Source: an archaeon
GTDB taxonomy: Archaea; Nanobdellota; Nanobdellia; Woesearchaeales; GW2011-AR9
Length of the DNA: 64,000 nucleotides
Direction: 5' to 3'
NCBI GenBank assembly: GCA_018696395.1
Contig: JABHQR010000017.1
Location: forward strand, 39,094 to 103,093
Shown here in pieces: positions 30,819 to 39,115 of the stretch. The translations under genes and the position numbers were made by a program. How positions within the stretch are numbered: the first letter of the stretch is position 1; each line of letters opens with the position of its first letter. The notes under the pieces were generated by a model. The model worked only from the letters and a program-made list of their open reading frames with translations, ran no database searches and was not told the origin of the DNA.

Positions 30819-31661
30819 TTGGAAAATAGGGGGATAAAGAAAATGAGAATATTTTACGATACCGATACACAAGTAGATTTTATGTCTGAAAATGGAGCTT
30901 TGTATGTCCCAGGGGCAGAAGAAATCAGGCTTTCTTTAAAAAAATTAACTCAGTATGCTAGAAATAATAACATTCCGATAATTGGTTCAGTGGACAGACA
31001 TTTTGGAACTGAGAAATACAAAGAAAAAGAATTAGAATTACAAAGGTGGGGTGGTCTTTTTCCTGATCATTGTATGGACGATACTGCAGGATTTGAAAAG
31101 ATATCTGAAACTTCTATAAGTCCTCTTTATTTTGATGTGCATGGTTCTTCACATCGTACTGATGACCTATACATCCCTTGTCTTAGGGAAGAAAATATCT
31201 CTTTTTCTAAATATATGATGAGGTATGAGTCAATAATCAGTCCGGACAAAATTGATTCTTTTTATCAAAATTTTACCACTGAAAAAAGAATCTCTTGGTG
31301 GCATTCAATATTATCTGGTATAAATCTTGAAAATATCACTTCAGCTTTAAATGAATTAAAACAAGAAAAATCAAAGGGTATTTATTTTGAAAAACAGTCT
31401 TATGATATTTTTTCTAATTCTCATTTAGATATTTTTCTTCATGAAGCAAAGGTTTCTGAAGCGATTGTTTATGGTGTGGCAACCGATTATTGTGTTAAGG
31501 CAGTAGTGTTAGGTATGCAAAAAAGAGAAATTCAAACTTATGTTGTTGAAGATGCAATCCAAGGTATTACTGAAGAATCTTCTGTGGCAGCAATTGAAGA
31601 AATGAAACTATCTGGGGCTAAAATTGTTTCTCTTGAACAAGTTCTGGGAGGTAAATTCTAG
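30819..31661 (+). CDS. pncA: Nicotinamidase/pyrazinamidase (isochorismatase family) with large insertion
   Basis: DTQVDF..GALYVPGA, D.H, FPDHC, FEK and GVATDYCV (catalytic Cys). Likely start is the ATG at 30843. Confidence 0.85.
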   Translation: MENRGIKKMRIFYDTDTQVDFMSENGALYVPGAEEIRLSLKKLTQYARNNNIPIIGSVDRHFGTEKYKEKELELQRWGGLFPDHCMDDTAGFEKISETSISPLYFDVHGSSHRTDDLYIPCLREENISFSKYMMRYESIISPDKIDSFYQNFTTEKRISWWHSILSGINLENITSALNELKQEKSKGIYFEKQSYDIFSNSHLDIFLHEAKVSEAIVYGVATDYCVKAVVLGMQKREIQTYVVEDAIQGITEESSVAAIEEMKLSGAKIVSLEQVLGGKF

Positions 31662-31678
31662 TTTGGAGGATAAATAAA

Positions 31679-32584
31679 ATGGCGGAAAGAAAAATAAAAT
31701 TGGCGAAAATGAACCCGGATTTAGTTAATAAGGAAATTGGAGATTTTGTTCTTGAAGATGTAACAAATAGAAAAGCAACTGGTTGTGTGATCGGTTTATC
31801 AGGTGGTGTTGATTCAACTGCTACTGCAGCAATTATCAAAAGTGCATTTGATAGATATAATCTGTTTAGTAATGGTCAGTCACTTGAATTAGTTGGTTAC
31901 ATATTACCTTCAAAAATTAATCATTACAAGGATACTGAAGATGGTGTTGATATTGCTAAACAGTTAGGTATTAGGTATGAAGTTCATAGTATTGAAGGGA
32001 TTGTTGAAGCACATAAGTTAACTAATCCTGAAGCTTTTGAATTTAATTATCATAAAGGGAATATGGTCTCAAGAATTAGGGCAAATATTCTCTCTACTAA
32101 ATCTGCAACTGAAAGAAAAATTTTAGCTGGTACTGGTAATCGTGACGAAGATTTTGGAATCGGTTATTACACTTTGTTTGGTGATGGGGCGGTACACTTA
32201 AGTCCAATAGGTAATTTACCAAAAAGGTTAGTTAGAGAAATAGCAGATTACCATGGTTTTTCTGATATTGCTAAAAAAATTCCTAGTGCTGGTCTTGAAC
32301 CAGGACAAACGGATTTTGGTGATTTGGGGTACAGTTATGATTTTGTGGAATTAGTAAGTGAAGGATTAATGCAGGGTTTTGAAAAAAAGGAACTTTATGG
32401 TCACAAACAAATAATTGGTCTTTCTCAAAAGGACATTGTTCAATATGCAAATTTGTATGGTTCTCCTAAATTAAGTAATTCTAAAGATATGATTGATGAC
32501 ATTTTGAGAAGGCATAACATTGCAATTGACAAAGCTAACTTAATTCATCCAAGGGCAGCACCTGTAACTTTGATTTACGAATGA
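31679..32584 (+). CDS. nadE: NH3-dependent NAD+ synthetase
   Basis: GLSGGVDS, GNMVSRIR, GTGNRDE, GYYTLFGDG, PSAGL and QTD. There is no nitrilase domain. Confidence 0.92.
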   Translation: MAERKIKLAKMNPDLVNKEIGDFVLEDVTNRKATGCVIGLSGGVDSTATAAIIKSAFDRYNLFSNGQSLELVGYILPSKINHYKDTEDGVDIAKQLGIRYEVHSIEGIVEAHKLTNPEAFEFNYHKGNMVSRIRANILSTKSATERKILAGTGNRDEDFGIGYYTLFGDGAVHLSPIGNLPKRLVREIADYHGFSDIAKKIPSAGLEPGQTDFGDLGYSYDFVELVSEGLMQGFEKKELYGHKQIIGLSQKDIVQYANLYGSPKLSNSKDMIDDILRRHNIAIDKANLIHPRAAPVTLIYE

Positions 32585-32607
32585 AATAATAATCTTAACT
32601 AAAATAA

Positions 32608-33105
32608 ATGAGGGTAAAAAAAATGAGTGAACAAAATAATGAAAGGCCGCAGAAAGTTTACAATGCAACCGATATGATTATTGAGTATTGTTCTAATAAT
32701 AAAGAGGGAATAGTGTTAATTGAACGAAAAAATCCACCTTTTGGTTATGCTTTACCTGGGGGCTTTTTAGAGAAACATCTTAGTTTAGGTGATAATGCAA
32801 GGAAAGAAACCAAAGAAGAGACTAATTTAGAATTTATTGTTGGAAATGAAGAGAAACCTTTCTTAGTTAAAGGTCAGCCAGATAGAGATCCGAGAGTTAG
32901 AGTTTTAAGTTTTGTTTATGTCGGTAAAGGTTATGGTGAATTGAGGGCAGGAGATGATGCTGCTAATGCACATCATGTCTCTTATGGTCAATTGAATGGG
33001 ATGTTAGGTAAAAGATTATTTGCATTTGATCATGAAGAAATTATTGTTCAATATCTTGAAAATGTTGGAAAATTGTACGATCTAAAAAAGGGTGAAATGA
33101 AATGA
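32608..33105 (+). CDS. Nudix hydrolase, ADP-ribose pyrophosphatase-like
   Basis: LIERKNPPFGYALPGG, ARKETKEETNL, PDRDPR, AGDDA and AFDH. Confidence 0.82.
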   Translation: MRVKKMSEQNNERPQKVYNATDMIIEYCSNNKEGIVLIERKNPPFGYALPGGFLEKHLSLGDNARKETKEETNLEFIVGNEEKPFLVKGQPDRDPRVRVLSFVYVGKGYGELRAGDDAANAHHVSYGQLNGMLGKRLFAFDHEEIIVQYLENVGKLYDLKKGEMK

Positions 33106-33860
33106 AAGATAATACTACCTTTTTCCCAGAAAGTTCACTTAAAAAAATTTTGGAAAATGATAAAGGGGGCTCTAGTAAAGTTGATAAAGATATATCTAGT
33201 AACAAAAAAAGATACTCCCGATTAGGTGTTATTGGACGTTTTCGTCCATTACATATTGGGGGGGCAATGATGTTAGAAACATTATGTCAACAATCAGGGT
33301 ATGTAATCATTGGAGTTGGCAGTGCTAACAAGTATAATATTCGTAACCCTTTTACTGCAGAAGAGTCTGTTAATATGATTGACAAATACTTATCTTCTCA
33401 AGGATATGATAATTATGAAATATTTACTATTAATGATTATGCTCATATTCCTGAATTTAGTGATGGGCAGAAATGGAAAAATGAAGTTAAGCAACATTTA
33501 GGTAAAATTGACGCTTTTATTACAGGAAATCCTTATTCTAAAAATTTGTTAGGGGCTGATTATAAAATAGTTCATCCTGGAGAATTAATCCCCCCTGAAA
33601 AATGGGTTTGGTTAAGGGGTACAATGGCTAGAGTTGAAATGGCTAAAAATTCTGATTTATGGGAAAAAATGGTCCCACAAGTTGTTGTTGAATATCTGTT
33701 AGAAAATAAACTAGTTGATAGATTTCAAAGGGAGTTCGGTTTACAAACTTTATCTTGTTTGGTTGAAGAAAGTAGTGGTGACTTGAGTCAGTCTTTAGGG
33801 GCTGGTTATGTTCAAAGAGAAAATTTGGAACAAGAGTATAAACATACTTTGGAAAAATAA
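33102..33860 (+). CDS. nadM: NadM-like NMN/NaMN adenylyltransferase (HxGH motif altered to HIGG)
   Basis: GRFRPLHIGG, IGVGSA, NPFTAEE, GNP and GT..R...W...VP matching archaeal NadM. Confidence 0.75.
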   Translation: MKDNTTFFPESSLKKILENDKGGSSKVDKDISSNKKRYSRLGVIGRFRPLHIGGAMMLETLCQQSGYVIIGVGSANKYNIRNPFTAEESVNMIDKYLSSQGYDNYEIFTINDYAHIPEFSDGQKWKNEVKQHLGKIDAFITGNPYSKNLLGADYKIVHPGELIPPEKWVWLRGTMARVEMAKNSDLWEKMVPQVVVEYLLENKLVDRFQREFGLQTLSCLVEESSGDLSQSLGAGYVQRENLEQEYKHTLEK

Positions 33861-33887
33861 ATCTTAAGAAAGTGAGGTAATAAAAAA

Positions 33888-34664
33888 ATGGTTCGTTTAG
33901 GGAGTTATGAAATCATTCGTCAGATTGGTGAAGGTGGATTTGGTAGGACTTATGAGGGTAGGCATGTCCTTAACAATAATATTAAAGCTTGTCTTAAACA
34001 GAACATTAACATTACTGATGAAGATGCAAAATTATTAATGCGGGAAGCAGAACTATTAACTAAAATTAGTCATTATTCTTTCCCAGCATTTAGAGATCTC
34101 TATCGTGTTGATGATGGGAGTATTGTACTTGCCATGGACTTTGCTGAAGGAAGAACTCTTGATAAAATTGTTGAAAAGCATAAAGGATTACACCCCGAAG
34201 AAGTTGCTTGGATTGCACAAAGGTCATTACAGGGATTATATTATTTGCACCATAAAGGGGTGATTCATGGTGATGTTAAACCACCTAATATGATGATTCA
34301 ACCTTGGGAACATAATGTTGTATTAGTTGATTTTGGTTTGTCAAGTATCAAACCTAAAAGTGATTCAAAAGCCGTAGGATACACTGAAGTTTTTGCTGCA
34401 CCTGAACTTCTTTCTGGGAAACCACCTTTGCCAGAATCTGATTTATATTCTTTAGGTTTAACTATGATATATGCTTGGGGTGGTGATCCAGTTGCTAAAA
34501 TTCATCCTCCTTATGTCCACAAATCTTTACAAAATTTTGTCAATGGTTTAGTACGATATAATGTTGCTGATAGGACTAATTGGGATAAGGAAGATTTAGT
34601 TAAAAAATTGTCAGATGCTAGATTAGAAGCGTTTGGTAGAAGGAGGTCAATAAAAAGTAAATGA
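33888..34664 (+). CDS. Hanks-type Ser/Thr protein kinase (catalytic domain only)
   Basis: IGEGGFG, CLK, E, IHGDVKPPN, DFG, APE and SDLYSLG. Confidence 0.92.
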   Translation: MVRLGSYEIIRQIGEGGFGRTYEGRHVLNNNIKACLKQNINITDEDAKLLMREAELLTKISHYSFPAFRDLYRVDDGSIVLAMDFAEGRTLDKIVEKHKGLHPEEVAWIAQRSLQGLYYLHHKGVIHGDVKPPNMMIQPWEHNVVLVDFGLSSIKPKSDSKAVGYTEVFAAPELLSGKPPLPESDLYSLGLTMIYAWGGDPVAKIHPPYVHKSLQNFVNGLVRYNVADRTNWDKEDLVKKLSDARLEAFGRRRSIKSK

Positions 34665-34766
34665 TTTGTTGGTTGTTGATTTTTAATTATTTGTTAAGTT
34701 AATAATTGAAAATATTAATTGAGATCTCGTATGAGTTAGCGAGAGCTATATGTAAATCAAATATAA

Positions 34767-35777
34767 ATGGGGGTACATAAAATGTACAGTTGGGGAGATG
34801 ATACAAGTACTTGGAAAAAACCAGGTTCTTATAACTATGGTTCGGCTAAAGCACCTTACCTTGATGACTTAAAAAAGGAGGCTGCAGATAAAGGGCCTCG
34901 AACATATGTTGGAACAAAAAAACCTAATTTGGATTTAGTTAATCCTAAAGGTAAAAAACTTTATTCTGAAAGTGAGAATCCAATAATTTTAGCAGTAGAT
35001 GGAACGGGTTCAATGCAATCTTGGCCAGGAGAAATATTTGATAGGTTACCTTTGTTTTACCAAACACTTTCAAAATATAAACCAGAAATTGAACTTAGTT
35101 TTTCAGTGATTGGTGATGCCATCTCTGATGATTGGCCATTGCAAATTTCTGCTTTTGGTAAAGGTGTGGAACTTGACGATTATCTGAAAGCGTTACATCC
35201 TGAAGGAAGAGGTGGTCCTGGAATTAGAGAAAGTTATGAATTATTTAGTTACTTTATTCATGAACATTGTAAAACTCCTAATGCAGTTTCACCTTTCTTG
35301 TTTATAATGGGCGATGAGAAATTTTACAAGAATGTTGATCCAAGCCAAGTAGAACAATTAATTGGGGATAAATTACAAGGTCCATTAGATTCTGCTAAGA
35401 CCATTCAAGAATTAACTCAACGTTATGATGTTTACTTGTTAAGGAAAAGTTATAGCCATGGTCTTGATAAAGAAATTGAAGGGCAATGGAAAGAAGTTCT
35501 TGGAGCACAGAAAGTAATTCCAATCTATGATCCAGAAAGAGTAGTTGATGTTGCTATGGGCCTTGTAGCAAAGAAGTGGGGTTATTTTGGAGATTTTGAA
35601 AACAATTTGGGTGCTAGGCAAGACTCAGTTGGAAAAGAATCTGTTATGATGTCTTTGAAAGCTGCACCTGGTGTTGATTTTGATAATTTAGAATCTACAA
35701 TGGTGGGAAGTTCAATTGTTGGTGATGCACCAAGTATGAAAAGTAAAAACTTAGCATCAATGGTAAGTAAACCTTAA
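34767..35777 (+). CDS. vWA-domain protein (MIDAS)
   Basis: AVDGTGSM (DxTxS MIDAS-like), IGDA..D.WPLQ, EGRGG...ESYEL and MGDE. Likely start is 34782. Confidence 0.7.
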   Translation: MGVHKMYSWGDDTSTWKKPGSYNYGSAKAPYLDDLKKEAADKGPRTYVGTKKPNLDLVNPKGKKLYSESENPIILAVDGTGSMQSWPGEIFDRLPLFYQTLSKYKPEIELSFSVIGDAISDDWPLQISAFGKGVELDDYLKALHPEGRGGPGIRESYELFSYFIHEHCKTPNAVSPFLFIMGDEKFYKNVDPSQVEQLIGDKLQGPLDSAKTIQELTQRYDVYLLRKSYSHGLDKEIEGQWKEVLGAQKVIPIYDPERVVDVAMGLVAKKWGYFGDFENNLGARQDSVGKESVMMSLKAAPGVDFDNLESTMVGSSIVGDAPSMKSKNLASMVSKP

Positions 35778-35833
35778 TTTTTTGTTTTGAAATTTGATTG
35801 AAATAAATAGAAAATAAATAGGAGGAAAATAAA

Positions 35834-36724
35834 ATGGGATTAAGCACTTCCGGAATGGATAAAGCGTATAAAACTAGTGGGGAAATTTTTGAACAGGTTA
35901 GTAAATTATACAAACCTGGTTTGGCTGAACAGTTAGGGGAAATTGAACCTGGTGAGGTTGTAGTAGTTCAAGGAACTTATGATCATGTAGAAAAATTGTT
36001 AGATACAATTAAAGTTCCTTATACTTCAATCACCAGTTCTGAAATATCAACACATAATGGTGGGAGAGTTATGTTTGTTAATTGTGCGTCATACAATTCT
36101 GTTGATGGCAAAACCAAAAATGCAATACATAATTATGTTGATGAAGGAGGAAGGTTGATCAGTACAGATTGGGCAGTTGGTTTGGTTGAAAAAGTTTTTC
36201 CAGGTAAGGTACAGAAAACTGCTAAAACAGGTGACGATGTTGTAGAAATTCAATGTTGTAGTGATTTAGGTAGAAAATTTGTTGGAATGAATTATGCACA
36301 ATGTAGGCCTAAATGGTGGCTGGAAGGAAGTAGTGACATTTATTCTATTGGTGAAGGTGTTACTGCTATAATCACTAGTTCTGAAATGGAAGAAAAGTAT
36401 GGTCAACCTTATGTTGCAGTTGGTTTTAAGGAAGGTAAAGGTGAAGTTATACATTTTATTAGCCACCTTGAATTGCAAAGAACTCATCTTAGAACTGAAG
36501 AAGACAAAGAAGGACTTGATACTTTTCTGGAAAAAATGAAAATTGAAAAAACTCCTGAAATGGATGATATGAAAGTTGCAGAATTAGAAGCTGCGTACAG
36601 TACCCTAAACACAGTTGCTTACTTGTGTTTAAGGTCTCCTGTGTTAGGTGGAGATATGAAAAGTGTGACTTTCAATTCGACAGCTGGGCCTGTTGGTGGA
36701 GCAGTGAGCAAAAAACTAGTCTGA
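35834..36724 (+). CDS. Uncharacterized protein, possible class I glutamine-amidotransferase-like fold
   Basis: VMFVNC, YVDEGGRLISTDWA and GKGEVIHFISHLE resemble GATase1-like topology. GGAGG SD upstream. Confidence 0.45.
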   Translation: MGLSTSGMDKAYKTSGEIFEQVSKLYKPGLAEQLGEIEPGEVVVVQGTYDHVEKLLDTIKVPYTSITSSEISTHNGGRVMFVNCASYNSVDGKTKNAIHNYVDEGGRLISTDWAVGLVEKVFPGKVQKTAKTGDDVVEIQCCSDLGRKFVGMNYAQCRPKWWLEGSSDIYSIGEGVTAIITSSEMEEKYGQPYVAVGFKEGKGEVIHFISHLELQRTHLRTEEDKEGLDTFLEKMKIEKTPEMDDMKVAELEAAYSTLNTVAYLCLRSPVLGGDMKSVTFNSTAGPVGGAVSKKLV

Positions 36725-36759
36725 ACATGCTAATATAAAAATAAATTGGATAAATAAAA

Positions 36760-37659
36760 ATGGTAAAAGCAATTGTAACAATTCCTCCTTATGCACCTTT
36801 TATTGAAGAAGTTGTAAATCATCCCATTGTAAGTGGGCTTAGGTTGAATACAGTTATGCCAACGAAAGGTAGTTTGGAGGAATTGTTAAAACAATTGCAA
36901 GATAAGGCTAATGGGAAAGATCTTTGGATTGATTTAAAGTATCGGCAGTTACGTGTAAAAAATTATGGTATTCCACCTTTTACCGAAATTGAATTAACTC
37001 ATAATATTGACGTGGATACTCCTGTGACTGCTTATTTTAGTGATGGGAAAGAACGTGCAAAGATTTTGGAAGTTGATGGTAATAGATTAATCATGCAAGA
37101 TGGGCCTAAACGAATGGTTGGTCCTGGTGAATCTATTAACATTGTTCATCCATCGCTTAATGTGGAAGGACATTTTACCAAAACTGACTTAAAATACATT
37201 GAAGCTGCTGAAAAAGTTGGGTTAAAAACATATATGTTATCTTTTGTGGAAAGTGTTGATGATGTGACTAGATTAAAAGAGAAAGTTTCAGATGCAATTA
37301 TTGTTGCTAAGATTGAATCTCAGAAAGGCATGGGTTATGTTCGTAATGTGTGGAAGGATGAATCTCGGTTAATGGCAGCAAGAGGTGATTTGTTTGTTGA
37401 ACTTGAAATGCCGCATTATGTAACAAAAGCAGTGGAAGAAATTGTTATGAAAGATAATAACGCAATTGTAGCTTCAAGAATCTTTCCATCTTTATCTTAT
37501 AGTTTGGAGCCTAGTTGTAATGATATCGGTGATGTTGATAACCTGATTAGGATGGGGTATCAGAATTTCATGTTAGGCGATGATATCTGTATGAAGAGGG
37601 ATTCAGTGATAAGTGGTCTTAACTTGCTGAAAGCGATAGCAGATAATTATTACAAGTGA
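36760..37659 (+). CDS. Divergent pyruvate-kinase-like protein (A+B domains only)
   Basis: RLN, DLK..QLR, LSFV, IVAKIES and MAARGDL.VE match the PK barrel. The C-domain is absent. Confidence 0.7.
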   Translation: MVKAIVTIPPYAPFIEEVVNHPIVSGLRLNTVMPTKGSLEELLKQLQDKANGKDLWIDLKYRQLRVKNYGIPPFTEIELTHNIDVDTPVTAYFSDGKERAKILEVDGNRLIMQDGPKRMVGPGESINIVHPSLNVEGHFTKTDLKYIEAAEKVGLKTYMLSFVESVDDVTRLKEKVSDAIIVAKIESQKGMGYVRNVWKDESRLMAARGDLFVELEMPHYVTKAVEEIVMKDNNAIVASRIFPSLSYSLEPSCNDIGDVDNLIRMGYQNFMLGDDICMKRDSVISGLNLLKAIADNYYK

Positions 37660-37781
37660 TTCATTTTTTATTTTTTTAATATTATTGTTTGCAATGATTA
37701 TAATTAAGGGTAGAAAATCAATTATAAGTTGAGCAACTAAAGAAAAAAAGTGATGGTGTTTAACAAGGAGGAGAAACTAAA

Positions 37782-38726
37782 ATGGGATTAGAAAATTTAG
37801 TTTTTGTACCAAGTAAAAGTAGGTATGAATTGGAACTTGAAGAAAAAGGATCAGATCATTTTGTTAAAAAGAGTTTTTCTTCTGAAGAGATTTATAATAA
37901 AATTGTAATAAGTCATCATAAACAGAAAGCTAATCTCTCTCGTGTTGTTAATTTGTTTGGTAGTGATGCTGTTGTTGATAGGTCTAAATTAAATAATGAT
38001 TTAGTAAGGGGTAAAGACTTGTTTATATTTTTAGGAGGAGATAATCATTTTACTTATTGTGCACAAAAAGTTTTATCTTATTTACAAAGAAATCCTCAAG
38101 AAAGGAAATATGTTGCAGGTGTGGTTCTTGATCCTGATAAAAGTACTGGAGCACTATTATCTTTTAGAGTTAATGAATTTTTAGAAGGTGTTACTTCTGA
38201 ACTAGCAAGTGGTTTTGGTGAAAATAAAGGTTTTGAAAATTATTCTGTTGAACAATGGACTACTTTGGAAGGTTCAGTTAAGTATAATAGTAGTGTCAGA
38301 AAATTATTGGTTCCAGCTATTGATGAATATTTTGTTGGAGAATCTGCTAGAATGCAAATGTCAAGAAATGTTGTTTATTTAGATGGTAAAGAAATATTTC
38401 CAGACAAATCTTCTGGTTTGTTGGTTGCAACAGGTTCAGGTTCAAATCAAGGGTCGTGGTATAATAATGTTTACGAAATGATTTTTAATGAAAGTGGAGA
38501 ATTTCCTAAAGGGTCTGAATCTGCTAAAATGATTTTAACTGAACATCGATCAAGAAGTGTTGCTAATCTTTACAAAGGTCAAATCTTGGAAATTCATTCT
38601 TATAATGATGATTATGGGATTATCTCTGCAGATTGTCATAAAGAACATACAACTACATTTCCAATGGGCGCTAAAGCAGAAATTAAAGTTAGTGATTTAA
38701 AGTTAAGGGTGTTGGTTGGTTTTTGA
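37782..38726 (+). CDS. nadK: NAD kinase family protein, NADK2-like
   Basis: LGGDN, GV..DP..S.G.L, AIDEYFVGE and KSSGLLVATGSGS..W. Confidence 0.72.
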   Translation: MGLENLVFVPSKSRYELELEEKGSDHFVKKSFSSEEIYNKIVISHHKQKANLSRVVNLFGSDAVVDRSKLNNDLVRGKDLFIFLGGDNHFTYCAQKVLSYLQRNPQERKYVAGVVLDPDKSTGALLSFRVNEFLEGVTSELASGFGENKGFENYSVEQWTTLEGSVKYNSSVRKLLVPAIDEYFVGESARMQMSRNVVYLDGKEIFPDKSSGLLVATGSGSNQGSWYNNVYEMIFNESGEFPKGSESAKMILTEHRSRSVANLYKGQILEIHSYNDDYGIISADCHKEHTTTFPMGAKAEIKVSDLKLRVLVGF

Positions 38727-38740
38727 AAGAAAATGTTTAG

Positions 38741-39052
38741 TTAAGTAGCGCCTAACCTTTTAGCCCAATATTCTTCAGTTTTTCTTTCATTATATCTGCA
38801 ACTTAAATCTCTGAATGTTTCATAACTGTCAATTGTTTGGAATAATTTTTCATAATCTTCTTTAGTAAGGTGTTCGTGGAATGCTGATGAGAAACATATG
38901 GAAAAGTTATGACCTAAGTAGTGCATATTGTATAATATTTTACCTGGTTTTGTTATTTCACTAAGATAATTTCTAATTTGTAACTTTCCTTCTGGAAGAG
39001 ATTTCTCTTTCATTAATTTTCCCTGAACTAAATCTTCAATTGATTTTGTCAT
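38741..39052 (-). CDS. Hypothetical protein (103 aa)
   Basis: ORF track entry. The ATG at 39052 lies about 24 nt after a TTTATAAA box on the minus strand. Confidence 0.55.
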   Translation of the reverse strand: MTKSIEDLVQGKLMKEKSLPEGKLQIRNYLSEITKPGKILYNMHYLGHNFSICFSSAFHEHLTKEDYEKLFQTIDSYETFRDLSCRYNERKTEEYWAKRLGAT

Positions 39053-39115
39053 GGAAGTTTTAAACACTGGATTATTTATAAATATTTATGACTAAGATAT
39101 TTTAAGTAAAAAAAT

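Noticed and set aside
30816-30821. Genome-wide TGA recoding suggested by the TGA-TTG in-frame junction
   Set aside because: Many genes here end at TGA at their expected C-termini (pncB, nadE, rpoA'') and Trp uses TGG, so the standard code fits.
39057-39068. Fourth NrtR site before the 103-aa gene
   Set aside because: Only a half-site or 3-bp symmetry is present, too weak in AT-rich DNA.
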